Under the pieces are notes generated by a model. The model was not told the origin of the DNA, ran no database searches, and saw nothing but the letters and a program-made list of their open reading frames with translations. Positions 27,598 to 40,559 of a stretch of DNA of 64,000 nucleotides are shown piece by piece (positions within the stretch are counted from its first letter, which is position 1; every line of letters begins with the position of its first letter). The stretch comes from Eledone cirrhosa (lineage: Eukaryota). The translations under genes and the position numbers were made by a program. Location: the NCBI GenBank assembly GCA_964016885.1, contig OZ024742.1, positions 128,402,001-128,466,000 on the forward strand, in the 5' to 3' direction.

Positions 27598-28821
27598 ATA
27601 TTTGAAAAAAAGGAAAAGAATGACTTCACTTGTAGTGTTAAACATTTTTTATGATTTAATGTTATAATATAATATTATAATATTATGAGTTGGTAGATCC
27701 AGTAAGTTCTTTGTTAACTTCGGTGGGACGAATTTTAAAGATTCCTGGTTAACTTGGGTTGGAGAACTTTCTCGCATTCGTCTGTCTGTGGCGATTGTCA
27801 AACTGAGATCAGGTTGTGTTGAAATGTGTGACTATATATAAGAGAGATTTGGATGTGTCTGGGGTGTGGCGTGTGGTGTTAATAAGTGTTGATGATGATG
27901 AAGGTCCGAGGAATTAAAGTGAGGGTGCAGAGCACTAGAAGTCAATGGAAACCACTGAGTAGGGAGACCCAAGAAGACCTGGGATGAGGTGATAAAAGCC
28001 GACCTTACCCAATTACACCTCTCAAAGGCGATGACACACGACCGTGGCCTCTGGCGTCACGCAGTAATACAGAGTACCCGACCTCCCATGGGTACAAGCT
28101 GAAGCATATAGACAATATGCCCCACACCCTCCCACTGCAAAGTGGTCGTGGAGGTGCCACAGCAAAAAAGCACCCAGCCCACACTGTAAAGTGGACGTGT
28201 AGGCGCCACGTAAAAAAGCACCCAGCACTCACTGTAAAGGAGGTTGGTGTTAGGAAGGGCATCCAGCTGTAGAAATCAAGCCAAAATCAGTTCCTGTATG
28301 AGCAAGGCATGGTCAGCCGACCAGACACTGCCCACAACAGGACAACCTGTCTAACCCATGCTAGCATGGAAGAACGGACGTAAAACGGTGATGATGATGA
28401 TGATGATACATATACACACACACACACACACACGTACACACACACACACACACATATATATACACTCAGAAAATAGTGAGGTTGTAAGATAAGGGTGTTT
28501 GAGAAGGTGGTCGTAAACATACTCTCCTGCTGGTTTTATTTCATTAGCTGACCTTTGATGAGTTTATAATGGCATAGCTGAATCATAAAGAATATCTTCT
28601 AAATCCATAAAGAATATCTTCTACATATTTCTATATCTAAGATGAATTTAGGTGCATGTCTGGGTTTTAATGAGGTGTAAGATACATGTGTGTTTGTATA
28701 ATATGTATATATGTGTTTGGTGTATGTATATATATGTGGTGTGTGTGTGTATATATGGGTGTATATGTATGTGTGCGTGTATATATGTGTAGGTATGTGT
28801 ACGTATATGTGTGTGTATATA

Positions 28822-28852
<31 letters not shown>

Positions 28853-28901
28853 TTTTATGTGTGTGTATATGTATATGTGTATGGGTGTGTATGCGTATGT
28901 A

Positions 28902-28950
<49 letters not shown>

Positions 28951-29799
28951 TCATCATCATCATCATTTTACATCCGCTTTATATATATATATGTGTGTGT
29001 ATATATATATATGTATGGATAAGTGTTTGTATGTAGTATATATGGACTGTAGATACATTTACATATAGGGAAGTGAATATGTGAGCCAGCATGTCCCTCC
29101 ACACTTCCTCTCCCAGACCATTATCAACAACACATCTTTGATAAATATTCCCAAACTATCCTTCTTTTCTCTTTTTCCTGTCATCCCATTCTTAACAAAA
29201 GACATGTATCTAACACCTCATTAAAACCCAGACAAGCACCTAACTTCATCTTTGATATAGAAATATGTAGAAGATTTGTAGATTTGGAAGAGTTGATTCA
29301 GCTATGCCATTATAAACTCATCAAAGGTCAGCTAATGAAATAAAACCAGCAGGAGAGTAGGTTTACAACTACCTTCTCAAACACCCTTATCTTACAACCT
29401 TACCCTTTTCTGAGTGTATATATATATGTGTGTGTATGTGTGTGTGTGTGTACGTGTGTGTGTGTGTGTGTGTGTATGTATACTTTAATTCCTCCGGACC
29501 TTCATCATCATCAACGCTCATTAAGACCACACGCCACACCCCAGACACATCCAAATCTCTCTTATATATAGTCACACATTTCAACACAACCTGATCTCAG
29601 TTTGACAATCGCCACAGACAGACGAATCTGAGAAAGTTCTCCAACCCAAGTTAACCAGGAATCTCTAAAATTCTTCCCACTGAAGTTAACAGAGAACTTA
29701 CTGGATCTACCAACTCATAATATTATAATATTATATTATAACATTAAATCATAACATTTTTTTAACACTACAATTGAAATCATTCTTTTCCTTTTTTTC

Positions 29800-29805
<6 letters not shown>
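27598..29805. repeat. Inverted duplication (arms ~27598-28688 and ~29203-29805) of a degenerate, possibly PLE-derived segment
   Basis: Long reverse-complement match, e.g. GAGAGATTTGGATGTGTCTGGGGTGTGGCGTGTGG vs CCACACGCCACACCCCAGACACATCCAAATCTCTC. Confidence 0.9.
27921..28405 (+). mobile_element. 5'-truncated RTE LINE 3' end with (GAT)n tail, present in only one arm of the inverted repeat
   Basis: Matches the reverse complement of 49452-49925; empty site at ~29480. Confidence 0.9.
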
Positions 29806-29832
<27 letters not shown>

Positions 29833-29838
<6 letters not shown>

Positions 29839-29942
29839 TAAAATAACAGATTAAAGTTTAAGCAAAGAATCGCTGCTTTCACCCTTAAGGGTGAAATCAG
29901 CAATTCTTTGCTTAAACTTTAATCTGTTATTTTAATAAATAT
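29833..29942. repeat. ~110-bp near-perfect palindrome centred on CCCTTAAGGG
   Basis: Arms reverse-complementary; left arm nearly identical to 61114-61165. Confidence 0.92.
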
Positions 29943-30121
29943 TTGCTCTACGGTTCTTATATATTTGATATATATTTATCCTTATCGAGCCCTCTTTGGA
30001 TTTTAGTCTTCAAATTTATCATTATTACTATATATATATATATGTATATAAAAGATAAACAGAAATAACAACACAATCGGTACAGTATGGAAGGTATATA
30101 TTAGGTTAACGCTTGAGAGGG

Positions 30122-30157
30122 TCTTAACGTTTCGGATGCTAGTCCTTCATCAGAAGA
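30122..30157 (-). ncRNA. Minimal type-I hammerhead ribozyme
   Basis: Minus strand: tctt-CTGATGA-aggactagcatcc-GAAACGTT-aaga; stem II gga/tcc, palindromic stem III AACGTT, stem I tctt/aaga. Confidence 0.8.
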
Positions 30158-30507
30158 AAGAATGAGAAATAAAATAGATTGAGGGGACGGGCGGGTTGGA
30201 ATTATATATAGAAAAATGTTTAACCTCGACGGCAGAGCTTAAGCCGTTTCGACAGCTATTTCTGGACTACGATATATATGTACACATCAAAATAGACACC
30301 AAATACATTAATACATTAAATGCTGACTTACGAACGTTTCATTCCCTTCATGGGACTTTTCAAAACCAGTTATTTAATAAAAAATCCTCATTATAATCTC
30401 ACCAAAGCCATCAACAGCCAGCAGTTACAGTGAATGTATACATGCCTTTTTGGAAAATTCTTTCAAAGGGGTATGATACATTGCCTATTGTATTGCTTTA
30501 TAATAAA

Positions 30508-31594
30508 CTAGCTGAGGTACCCAGCATTGCTAGGGTTTAAGTAATACAATTGTTTGTGCAGAAATAACACTTGATGAAGCTCTCGGTTGAATTAAGTCTT
30601 ATAGGAAAACACGGCCAACTGGTTAATGCAACCCGCAGAGGCCTTCTATCCATCCCGTAAGATGTTCCATTCGGTTAAATATACGCATGTTAGCAGCAAA
30701 GATGACACAGCCTAGGGTGGGTAGGTAATTTTTAAATATCCTTATGGCCCACATGTCAACTGTGGCCCATTGAAGATTTCTATTCGATTCACAAAGGGTT
30801 CCACCAGGTATACAATTTTGGAAAATACCCCCGCATTACCCAACCAAAGCTCATAAATTCCATTTGTCTGGGTAAAACTCGGCAAATTCAATTGTTATCC
30901 ATCCCATTGTTGTACAGCCCTCTGTCCCACTGGTGAAAACCATCCATTCGATATTTGCGGTGTTTTCGCTTCATTAAGGTGCCCTGGGGAAACTTTTAAC
31001 ACCTTATTGATACATAAATAATTGTTTCTACTTTTGGCACCAGGCCAGCAATTATCCCAGTGCATTACTGGTACTTTATTTTATCGACCCTGTAAGGATG
31101 AAAGGCAAAGTTAACCTCGGCGGGATTTGAACTCAGAACATAAAGGGAGGTAACTCTAATGCACCTGTACAGTTTAAAGCAAATTGGTTGCTCATATCAG
31201 AAGAAACAAACCAAATGAAAAATAGGGTTGTGCGACTTTTTGCCTTCCGCGAGTTGTCTGGGATAATTTTTAGCCTAAAGCTATCCTTAGCACATAATTT
31301 ATCTGTGTTTCAAATTTGAAGGAAATTGGTTGAGAACTTTAAAAGTTATGGCAGAAAATAACATTCATATGAGCATTTGCATGCAAATGTCCTACTGATT
31401 TATAAAAAATCGATGCAGACTGGAAATTATCAATTTTTTTAACTTCAAAGTACATAAGAAATCAAATGGGCATGAGAGCCACATGCGTGTCAAGTTTCAT
31501 CAAGATCGGTTAAGTAGTTTTTGAGTTTTAGGTTCACAAACAAATCCACAAACAAACAAAGAAACAGACAGAAATTGCCATCTATGTATACAGA
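30508..31594 (-). mobile_element. Non-autonomous Helitron-like element with a SINE fragment at ~31014-31160
   Basis: Minus strand A|TC at 31594 ... CTAG|T at 30508; subterminal hairpin cccagcattgctaggg; AAGTTTCATCAAGATCGG and ACAAACAGACAG motifs typical of invertebrate non-autonomous rolling-circle elements. Confidence 0.72.
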
Positions 31595-31678
31595 TTACTC
31601 TATTTTGAGCTGCTTAACTTCTCCACCTATCTTTATAATATTTTTATATTGGTTTTTGTTAAAAAACGATATGCATTT

Positions 31679-31716
<38 letters not shown>

Positions 31717-31722
<6 letters not shown>

Positions 31723-32410
31723 CATCATCATCATCATCATCAACATCATCGTTTAACGTCTATCATCCACGCTAGCATGGGTTTAGATGTGAATTGTCCC
31801 ACATGAGGCAAGATTGGTTGTGTCGCTCATATAGGACTCTCTGCAAGGTTTTCTACGGCTGGATGCCCTTCCTAACACCAACCACATTTACAGTGTGGAC
31901 TAGGAGGTTTTTACCGTGTTACCTACACGGCCACATTACAGCATGTACTTTTTTTTTATTGTGACACCTACACGACCTCATTTATTTAGGACTGGATGCT
32001 GTGTTACCAACATAACTTTACAGAGAAAGGGGTGGTGTTGATGGGGTGGGGTGGGGGAGTTGGGGTAGTGGAACGGGGGTGTATATTTGATTAAGAGGTG
32101 CCTACTGACTGTAGGTTTCGCTTTGTACTTAGGCAAGGTGGGTTTTCTGTATTACTGCGTAGCGCCAAAGATCTCGGTCCAGTGACATTGTCTTGGAGAG
32201 GTGTAAGTGTCTAAGGTCGGAATTTATCAAATCGTCCCAGATTTTTCTGGGTCTGCCTACTCCGTAGCTTCCATTAATTTTGATCGCCCTGCACTTTTTT
32301 ATACAGCTGTCGTCTTTCATGCGCATCACGTGGCCATACCAACATAGTCTTCTCTCGAGTAAACAGCATCTGATCCCTCTTATTCCTAATTTCTCACTTA
32401 GTTCATTTAT
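31717..32410 (-). mobile_element. RTE LINE 3' fragment (duplicated at ~33991-34690)
   Basis: ERRLCWYGHVMRMKDDSCIKKC...GRPRKIW; 3' UTR GGCTGGATGCCCTTCCTAACACCAACC; (CAT)n tail. Confidence 0.88.
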
Positions 32411-32463
32411 AATAGCAGGGAAAAGCGGATGTAAAATAATGATGATGGTGATGATGATGATGA

Positions 32464-32498
<35 letters not shown>

Positions 32499-32701
32499 AT
32501 GTAGAAAAGTAACACACGAGTTGATATATATATAAAAACAAATAGTAGAAAGGAAAAAGATTTTTTCAGTAGAAAATGCTGAAGAGATTCTTTCACTGTA
32601 ATATCAAAAAGTGGATATTTCCGCATGTAATATACTGATTTCAGCATTATATGCATTGTCAATTGTGGATATGCAGAATATTGTTAAATTGCATATTTGT
32701 A

Positions 32702-33455
32702 CAAATAATAGTAATAATTGTTTCTATTTTAGGCACAAGGCCAGCAGTTACCACTTTATTTTATCTACCCCGTAAGGATGAAAGGCAAAGTTAACCTCGG
32801 CGGGATTTGAACTCAGATCATAAAGGGACGTAACTCTATGCTTCAAAGCATGGTGTCCGACTCTCTACCGATACTGCCAATCCACCGCCCACAAATAATA
32901 GTAATAATTGTTTCTATTTTAGGCATAAGGCCAGCAGTTACCCAGTACATTACTGGTACTTTATTTTATCTACCCCGTAAGGATGAAAGGCAAAGTTAAC
33001 CTCGGCGGGATTTGAACTCAGATCATAAAGGGACGTAACTCTATGCTTCAAAGCATGGTGTCCGACTCTCTACCGATACTGCCAATCCACCGCCCACAAA
33101 TAATAGTAATAATTGTTTCTATTTTAGGCACAAGGCCAGCAGTTACCCAGTACATTACTGGTACTTTATTTTATCTACCCCGTAAGGATGAAAGGCAAAG
33201 TTAACCTCGGCGGGATTTGAACTCAGATCATAAAGGGACGTAACTCTATGCTTCAAAGCATGGTGTCCGACTCTCTACCGATACTGCCAATCCACCGCCC
33301 ACAAATAATAGTAATAATTGTTTCTACTTTAGGCACAAGGCCAGCAATTAAACAGTACATTACTGGTACTTTATTTTATCGACCCCCATAAGGATGAAAG
33401 GCAAAGTTAACCTCGGCGGGATTTGAACTCAGAACATAAAGGGAGGTAACTCTAA
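32702..33455 (-). mobile_element. Tandem array of 205-bp Meta-like SINE units (3 + 1 partial)
   Basis: Units start at 32702 (190 bp), 32892, 33097, 33302. Confidence 0.9.
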
Positions 33456-33990
33456 TGCACCTGTACAGTTTAAAGCAAATTGGTTGCTCATATCAGAAGA
33501 AACAAACCAAATGAAAAATAGGGTGGTGCGACTTTTTGCCTTCCGCGAGTTGTCTGGGATAATTTTTAGCCTAAAGCTATCCTTAGCACATAATTTATCT
33601 GTGTTTCAAATTTGAAGGAAATTGGTTGAGAACTTTAAAAGTTATGGCAGAAAATAACATTCATATGAGCATTTGCATGCAAATGTCCTATTGATTTATA
33701 AAAAATCGATGCAGACTGGAAATTATCAATTTTTTTAACTTCAAAGTACATAAGAAATCAAATGGGCATGAGAGCCACATGCGTGTCAAGTTTCATCAAG
33801 ATCGGTTAAGTAGTTTTTGAGTTTTAGGTTCACAAACAAATCAACAAACAAACAAAGAAACAGACAGAAATTGACATCTATGTATACAGATTACTCTATT
33901 TTGAGCTGTTTAACTTCACCTATCTTTATAATATTTTTATATTGTTTTTTGTTAAAAAACGATATTCATTTCTTATATATATATATATAT

Positions 33991-34026
<36 letters not shown>

Positions 34027-34714
34027 GTTTAACGTCTATCTTCCACGCTAGCATGGGTTTAGATGTGAATTGTCCCACATGAGGCAAGATTGGTTGTGTC
34101 GCTCATATAGGACTCTCTGCAAGGTTTTCTACGGCTGGATGCCCTTCCTAACACCAACCACATTTACAGTGTGGACTAGGAGGTTTTTACCGTGTTACCT
34201 ACACGGCCACATTACAGCGTGGACTTTTTTTTTATTGTGACACCTACACGACCTCATTTATTTATAACTGGATGCTGTGTTACCAACATAACTTTACAGA
34301 GAAAGGGGTGGTGTTGATGGGGTGGGGTGGGGGAGTTGGGGTAGTGGAACGGGGGTGTATATTTGATTAAGAGGTGCCTACTGACTGTAGGTTTCGCTTT
34401 GTACTTAGGCAAGGTGGGTTTTCTGTATTACTGCGTAGCGCCAAAGATCTCGGTCCAGTGACATTGTCTTGGAGAGGTGTAAGTGTCTAAGGTCGGAATT
34501 TATCAAATCGTCCCAGATTTTTCTGGGTCTGCCTACTCCGTAGCTTCCATTAATTTTGATCACCCTGCACTTTTTTATACAGCTGTCGTCTTTCATGCGC
34601 ATCATGTGGCCATACCAACATAGTCTTCTCTCGAGTAAACAGCATCTGATCCCTCTTATTCCTAATTTCTCACTTAGTTCATTTATAATAGCAGGGAAAA
34701 GCAGATGTAAAATA

Positions 34715-34801
<87 letters not shown>

Positions 34802-35004
34802 ATGTAGAAAAGTAACACACGAGTTGATATATATATAAAAACAAATAGTAGAAAGGAAAAAGATTTTTTCAGTAGAAAATGCTGAAGAGATTCTTTCACT
34901 GTAATATCAAAAAGTGGATATTTCCGCATGTAATATACTGATTTCAGCATTATATGCATTGTCAATTGTGGATATGCAGAATATTGTTAAATTGCATATT
35001 TGTA

Positions 35005-36030
35005 CAAATAATAGTAATAATTGTTTCTATTTTAGGCACAAGGCCAGCAGTTACCACTTTATTTTATCTACCCCGTAAGGATGAAAGGCAAAGTTAACCT
35101 CGGCGGGATTTGAACTCAGATCATAAAGGGACGTAACTCTATGCTTCAAAGCATGGTGTCCGACTCTCTACCGATACTGCCAATCCACCGCCCACAAATA
35201 ATAGTAATAATTGTTTCTATTTTAGGCACAAGGCCAGCAGTTACCCAGTACATTACTGGTACTTTATTTTATCTACCCCGTAAGGATGAAAGGCAAAGTT
35301 AACCTCGGCGGGATTTGAACTCAGATCATAAAGGGACGTAACTCTATGCTTCAAAGCATGGTGTCCGACTCTCTACCGATACTGCCAATCCACCGCCCAC
35401 AAATAATAGTAATAATTGTTTCTATTTTAGGCACAAGGCCAGCAGTTACCCAGTACATTACTGGTACTTTATTTTATCTACCCCGTAAGGATGAAAGGCA
35501 AAGTTAACCTCGGCGGGATTTGAACTCAGATCATAAAGGGACGTAACTCTATGCTTCAAAGCATGGTGTCCGACTCTCTACCGATACTGCCAATCCACCG
35601 CCCACAAATAATAGTAATAATTGTTTCTATTTTAGGCACAAGGCCAGCAGTTACCCAGTACATTACTGGTACTTTATTTTATCTACCCCGTAAGGATGAA
35701 AGGCAAAGTTAACCTCGGCGGGATTTGAACTCAGATCATAAAGGGACGTAACTCTATGCTTCAAAGCATGGTGTCCGACTCTCTACCGATACTGCCAATC
35801 CACCGCCCACAAATAATAGTAATAATTGTTTCTATTTTAGGCACAAGGCCAGCAATTAAACAGTACATTACTGGTACTTTATTTTATCGACCCCGTAAGG
35901 ATGAAAGGCAAAGTCAACCTCGGCGGGATTTGAACTCAGAATGGCAAGGGCCGTAACTCTATGCGTCAAAGCATGGCGTCCGACCCTCTACCGATACTGC
36001 CAATCCGCCAATAATAGTAATAATAATAAT
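35005..36030 (-). mobile_element. Tandem array of five 205-bp Meta-like SINE units
   Basis: Units start at 35005 (190 bp), 35195, 35400, 35605, 35810; A/B boxes in each. Confidence 0.92.
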
Positions 36031-36139
36031 AAAAAGGGGAAGAAAAATTAATTTTCACATACATGTTCAGAGAGGAGAATTCATTTCTCTATTGTGTCTG
36101 TCCTTTCTCTGTTAATAGTTTGAAACAGAGACAGAAGGA

Positions 36140-37130
36140 CAGGGGGGAAAGGTGGGTTAGGGGGGGTGTTTAGTATTATTAGTGGTGGGCTTGTCGAATG
36201 TGGATTGTGTGGGTGGGGGTTAGTAGTGGTAGTAGGGTGTGTGAATAGTGTGAGTGAGTGTATATATATATACCGGTGTGTGTGCGTGTTGAGGGTGTGG
36301 CTGCGTGTGTGTGGTAGGGGGACGGGGTGGGGGTTGTTAGTATTATTAGTGGTGGGGTGAACCAAGGGGGTGGGGATGGCTGGAAGTGGGGGGACTGTTA
36401 ATATTGGGAGTGTTTTAGTGGTGTTAGTAGGGGCGTGTGGGGGGGGGAGGGGACCGGTTGAAGGCTAAAGAAAGAGGGGTGGGCAGTTCAAAAGGTGGGG
36501 GAAGGGAACCGGGTGGGGGGGGGGGTGGGGGGCTGTACTGCGGATAAGGTTGAGGAGGTTGCGCGCACGTTGGAAGGAGGGGAGGGTGGGGATGGAAAGA
36601 AGGAGATGGTTTAAGGGGTCGGACTGGAGGTGTCGGAAGAGGCAGAGGATGGTTCGTTGGAGCAGTAGGGTGGAGGGGTGGTAGGTGCAGGGGAAGGTGA
36701 CTTGGTGGGTGGGATTACGGGGGTGTGAGGTGAGGGTGGTGGAGCGGCAGCGTGGACGAGGGAAGGGGAGTAACCTCTCCGGGTGAAATAGCTGACCAGA
36801 GAAAGAGCCTGGGTCTCAAAGTCAGCATCTCAGCTGCAGAGGGATGGATTGAGTGGAGCTTGTGGGCCTTGGTGGAGGTGAGGGAGCAGAAGAGGATGAT
36901 GGAGTGGGTGAGGAGGGGGTGACAGGTGGAGTGGAGGTGGAGGAGGGTGGAGGCAGTTTGCGGTCGAGGTTGTGGATGGTGGAGGGAGAGGAGCAGAGAG
37001 AGGCGCGCATGAGGAGACACGAGCAGCAGGTGAGAATGCGTTGGGTGGAGGGTGAAACGAGGGCGGAGGTGTGGAAGTGGAGTTGGAGCCAAGGGGGGTG
37101 AGGTGGAGGTGGAGGTGGAGGCAGCGGCTG
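36140..37130 (-). mobile_element. Degenerate, internally deleted copy of the C-rich PLE seen at 15345
   Basis: Reverse complement of 36770-36845 matches 15420-15495; 36460-36490 matches 16172-16203. Confidence 0.72.
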
Positions 37131-37424
37131 AGGAAATAGATGTGGCTGGAATGCCGGGTCTTAGCGAAGAGGAGGTAGGAGATACTACTTCATTCATATA
37201 TAAGGGTAAGAGCTGGTTTTCAGATCAGACCAATGAAACAATGTTTCCATTGTTTTTTTCTTTCCTTGCTAATACTATCTGTCAGTTACAACTCCTGGCA
37301 GAAGAATCAATGTAAAATAAAGTATTTTGCTCAAGAACACAAACACAACAGGAATCGAACTCACAATCTTATGATCATGAGGTCTAACATTCTAACCACT
37401 AGGCCACACATACACATAAATCAT

Positions 37425-38570
37425 CATCATCATCATCATCACCGTTTTACGTCCGTTCTTCCACGCTAGCATGGGTTAGACGGGTTGTCCTGTTGTGGGC
37501 AGTGTCTGGTCGGCTGACCATGCCTTGCTCATACAGGAACTGATCTGGCTTGATTTCTACAGCTGGATGCCCTTCCTAACACCAACCTCATTTACAGTGA
37601 GTGCTGGGTGCTTTTTCGTGGCGCCTACACGTCCACTTTACAGTGTGGGCTGGGTGCTTTTTTGCCGTGGCACCTCCACGGCCACCTTGCGGTGGAGGGG
37701 GGGGGGCATATTGTTTATATGCATCAGCATGTACCCATGGGAGGTCGGGTACCCTGTATTACTGCGTGACGCCAGAAGTCACGGTCGTGTGTCATTGACT
37801 TTCAGAGGTGTAGTTGGGTAAGGTCGGCTTTTATCACCTCATCCCAAGTCATCTTGGGTCTCCCCACTCCGCGGTTTCCATCAACTTCTAGTGCTCTGCA
37901 CCTTTTTATGCAGCTGTCATCCTTCATACGCATCACATGTCCATACCAGCGTAACCGCCTCTCCTGCACGCAGCATTTGATTCCTCTTATGCTCAGTCTC
38001 TCTCTCAATTCCTTTATGCTTTGTCGTTCACGTATATTACTGTTACACATCCATCGGAGCATGCAGGCTTCGTTTCTCTCTAATCTACGTAAGTCTTCCA
38101 CCTTCAGCGCCCAGGTCTCACTACCATGCAACATCGCTGTTCGGATACACGCATCATACAGTCTGCCTTTCATTCTGAGGGAGAAGCCTTTTGCAGCTAG
38201 CAGTGGTAGTAGTTCCCTAAACTTCTTCCATCCCGTTCTTACCCTAGTTATTGTACTTTCTGAGCACCCACCTCCGTTGCTAATTCGGTCACCTAGGTAG
38301 CAGAAGCTGTCTACTGTTTCTACAGGGCCCTCCCAGAGATTGGTGGTACTTGTTTCCTGTGGCTGTTTGCTTGCTGTTTCAGCACAGCTGCTGCATGTGA
38401 ATCCTACATTCTTAATTAAGCTTCCTGAGATCCCGCTACATCTCTTGTGTACCCATTGTTTGCATTTGGGGCAGAGAATGGAGTTTCTACCTACACCTTT
38501 CCTACATACTGAGCAAGGCCATTTCCCTGAGGGGATCTGGGTTCTGTTTTCTCGTCTACTTACAAGGACC
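37425..38570 (-). mobile_element. RTE LINE 3' portion with PHD-like Cys cluster
   Basis: KGRLYDACIRTAMLHGSETW...RRLRWYGHVMRM...GRPKMTW; (CAT)n tail. Confidence 0.92.
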
Positions 38571-38809
38571 TACTTACAAATCTGTTAATGAAATCTGTTA
38601 ATGAAATGCTACTGACTGGCTTAGTTAATGATGACATAAGAGTAAATAGTTAGTTACTATGTGTAACTGTGGAAAACATCAGGTAGAAATTTGAGAATGT
38701 GCACTAATTGTGTACCACACTGTGTATGGTGTATATGTATGTATGCATGTATGCGTGCATGCTTGTATGTATGTATGCATGCTTGTATGTATGTATGTAT
38801 ATATGTATG

Positions 38810-39310
38810 TTTCTCTTTCTCTTAATTTCAAGTACATTTTTGACCGGCCACCTTCCTGGTGGCAAGGTTGTAAAAGAAAAGAAATTGTCATTCCTTGAAT
38901 CGCAAGAATGTTTTGCAAATGTTCAAGGTGCCAGCTATTGCAGCCACTTGTAGTCTATGAATTAGGGAGCTGCGTTCTTTGTCCACAAATCCAAGTTCGG
39001 TTATACTTTGGTCTAAGTGAGCTGGTATATAACCTGAAGGTGTATCTTGGATATATTGGATCTGCAAACTCCTCATCAATGGTCTATAGATGTCCTCCTT
39101 CTCTTGTATTTTTCTTACAACGTTGAGATCAAGTGGGCAGCTGATCTCTACAAAAGAACACATTTTCAATGTGTGGTCCCAAACAACAATATCAGGCTGG
39201 TTGTGTTTTAATTTGGTGCCATCTATCTGAACATATTCCTCCTCATTTATTTTTAGTTTTGTTTTCCTAAGTGCACTCTAGATGGTTCTAGCTGTCTCAT
39301 AGGGAAGTAG
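38810..39310 (-). mobile_element. RLE (R4/Dong-like) retrotransposon, truncated copy 1 of the (CATA)n cluster
   Basis: VEISCPLD...KEDIY...KTFLRFKE; 3' end TTAAGAGAAAGAGAAA|CATAC. Confidence 0.88.
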
Positions 39311-39334
39311 TATGTATGTACGCTTGTATGTATG

Positions 39335-39821
39335 TTTTCTCTTTCTCTTAATTTCGAGTATATTTTTTTGACCGGCCAGCTTCCTGGTGGCAAGGTTGTA
39401 AAAGAAAAGAAATTGTCATCCCTTGAATCGCAAGAATGTTTTGCAAATTTTGAAGGTGCCAGCTATCGCAGCCATTTGTAGACTATGAATTAGGGAGCTG
39501 CGCAAATCCAAGTTCAGTCATACTTTGGTCCAAGCGGGTTGGTATATAACCCGTAGCACCAATAATGATGGGTATGAAGCTAAAGGTGTATCTTGGATAC
39601 TGGATTTGTAAACTCCTCATCAATGGTCTGTAGATGTCCTCCTTCTCCTGTATTTTTCTGACAACGTTTACATCAAGTGGGCAGCTGATCTCCACAACAG
39701 AACACGTTTTCAATGTGTGGTTCCAAACTACAATATCAGGCCGATTGTGCTTTAATTTGGTGGCAGTTTTTATTTTCAGGTTCCACCAGTATTCCTTAGT
39801 GCCATCTGTCTCAATATATTC
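39335..39821 (-). mobile_element. RLE retrotransposon, truncated copy 2
   Basis: HNRPDIVVW...VEISCPLD; same 3' end; (CATA)n on both sides. Confidence 0.9.
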
Positions 39822-39869
39822 TATGTATGTATGTATGTATGTATGTATGTATGTATGTATGTATGTATG

Positions 39870-40515
39870 GTCTTCTGGTTTTATAATTTCACAAATTTTT
39901 ACCAATACAGAGAGAGTTGGTTTCTAACATAGTCACAAGACTCTCCCATTGGAATTTACACATCAACTAGGTAGATATGTATGCATGCATGTGTAGATAT
40001 GGATATTATTGTATGTGTGGATGTGGATGTTTTGAATTGTATGTGTGCATGTGTATATGCTTTGTATCTGTACATGTGTATATGCAGTTATTAGATGCAA
40101 AATTTTGGGAATGTTTTACATATATTTACTGTTCCATTAATGGATTGTACTTGTAATTTCCTAACTAGTTGTGTTCTTTCTGTTCCTGTGAAGCCTAGCT
40201 TCTCAAGATTTGTATTGAGGCAGTTACTAACATACCCCAGTGCCCCAATAATCACAGGCATAAATCTGAAGGTATAGTCAGGGTGGAGTATCTACAGATT
40301 TCTCATCAGTTCTGCATAAATATTCTCCTTCTTGCTAATCTTTGATATTATATTGGCATCTGCTGGGCAGCTAATTTCCACTACTGTGCATGCTTTCTTC
40401 TCCCTGTCCCATATCATAATATCTGGTTTGTTATGCCTGCATTTTATTGGGGTTTTTACTGGCACATTCCGCCAGTACTCTTTCATATTATGTACATGGA
40501 TGTCTTCCACATTGC
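39870..40515 (-). mobile_element. RLE retrotransposon of a second family, truncated copy 3
   Basis: HNKPDIMIWDREKKACTVVEISCPAD...KENIY; different 3' UTR; (CATA)n on both sides. Confidence 0.85.
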
Positions 40516-40559
40516 TATGTATGTATGCTTGTATGTATGTATGTATGCATGCATGTATG

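Larger units (their letters stand above)
31014..35604. repeat. Recent ~2.3-kb tandem segmental duplication
   Basis: 31161 vs 33457 and 32702 vs 35005 are near-identical; breakpoints fall within SINE copies. Confidence 0.92.

Noticed and set aside
30225-30256. Minus-strand GAAACGGC...GCCGTC stem III-like half ribozyme
   Set aside because: No properly placed CTGANGA or stem II found
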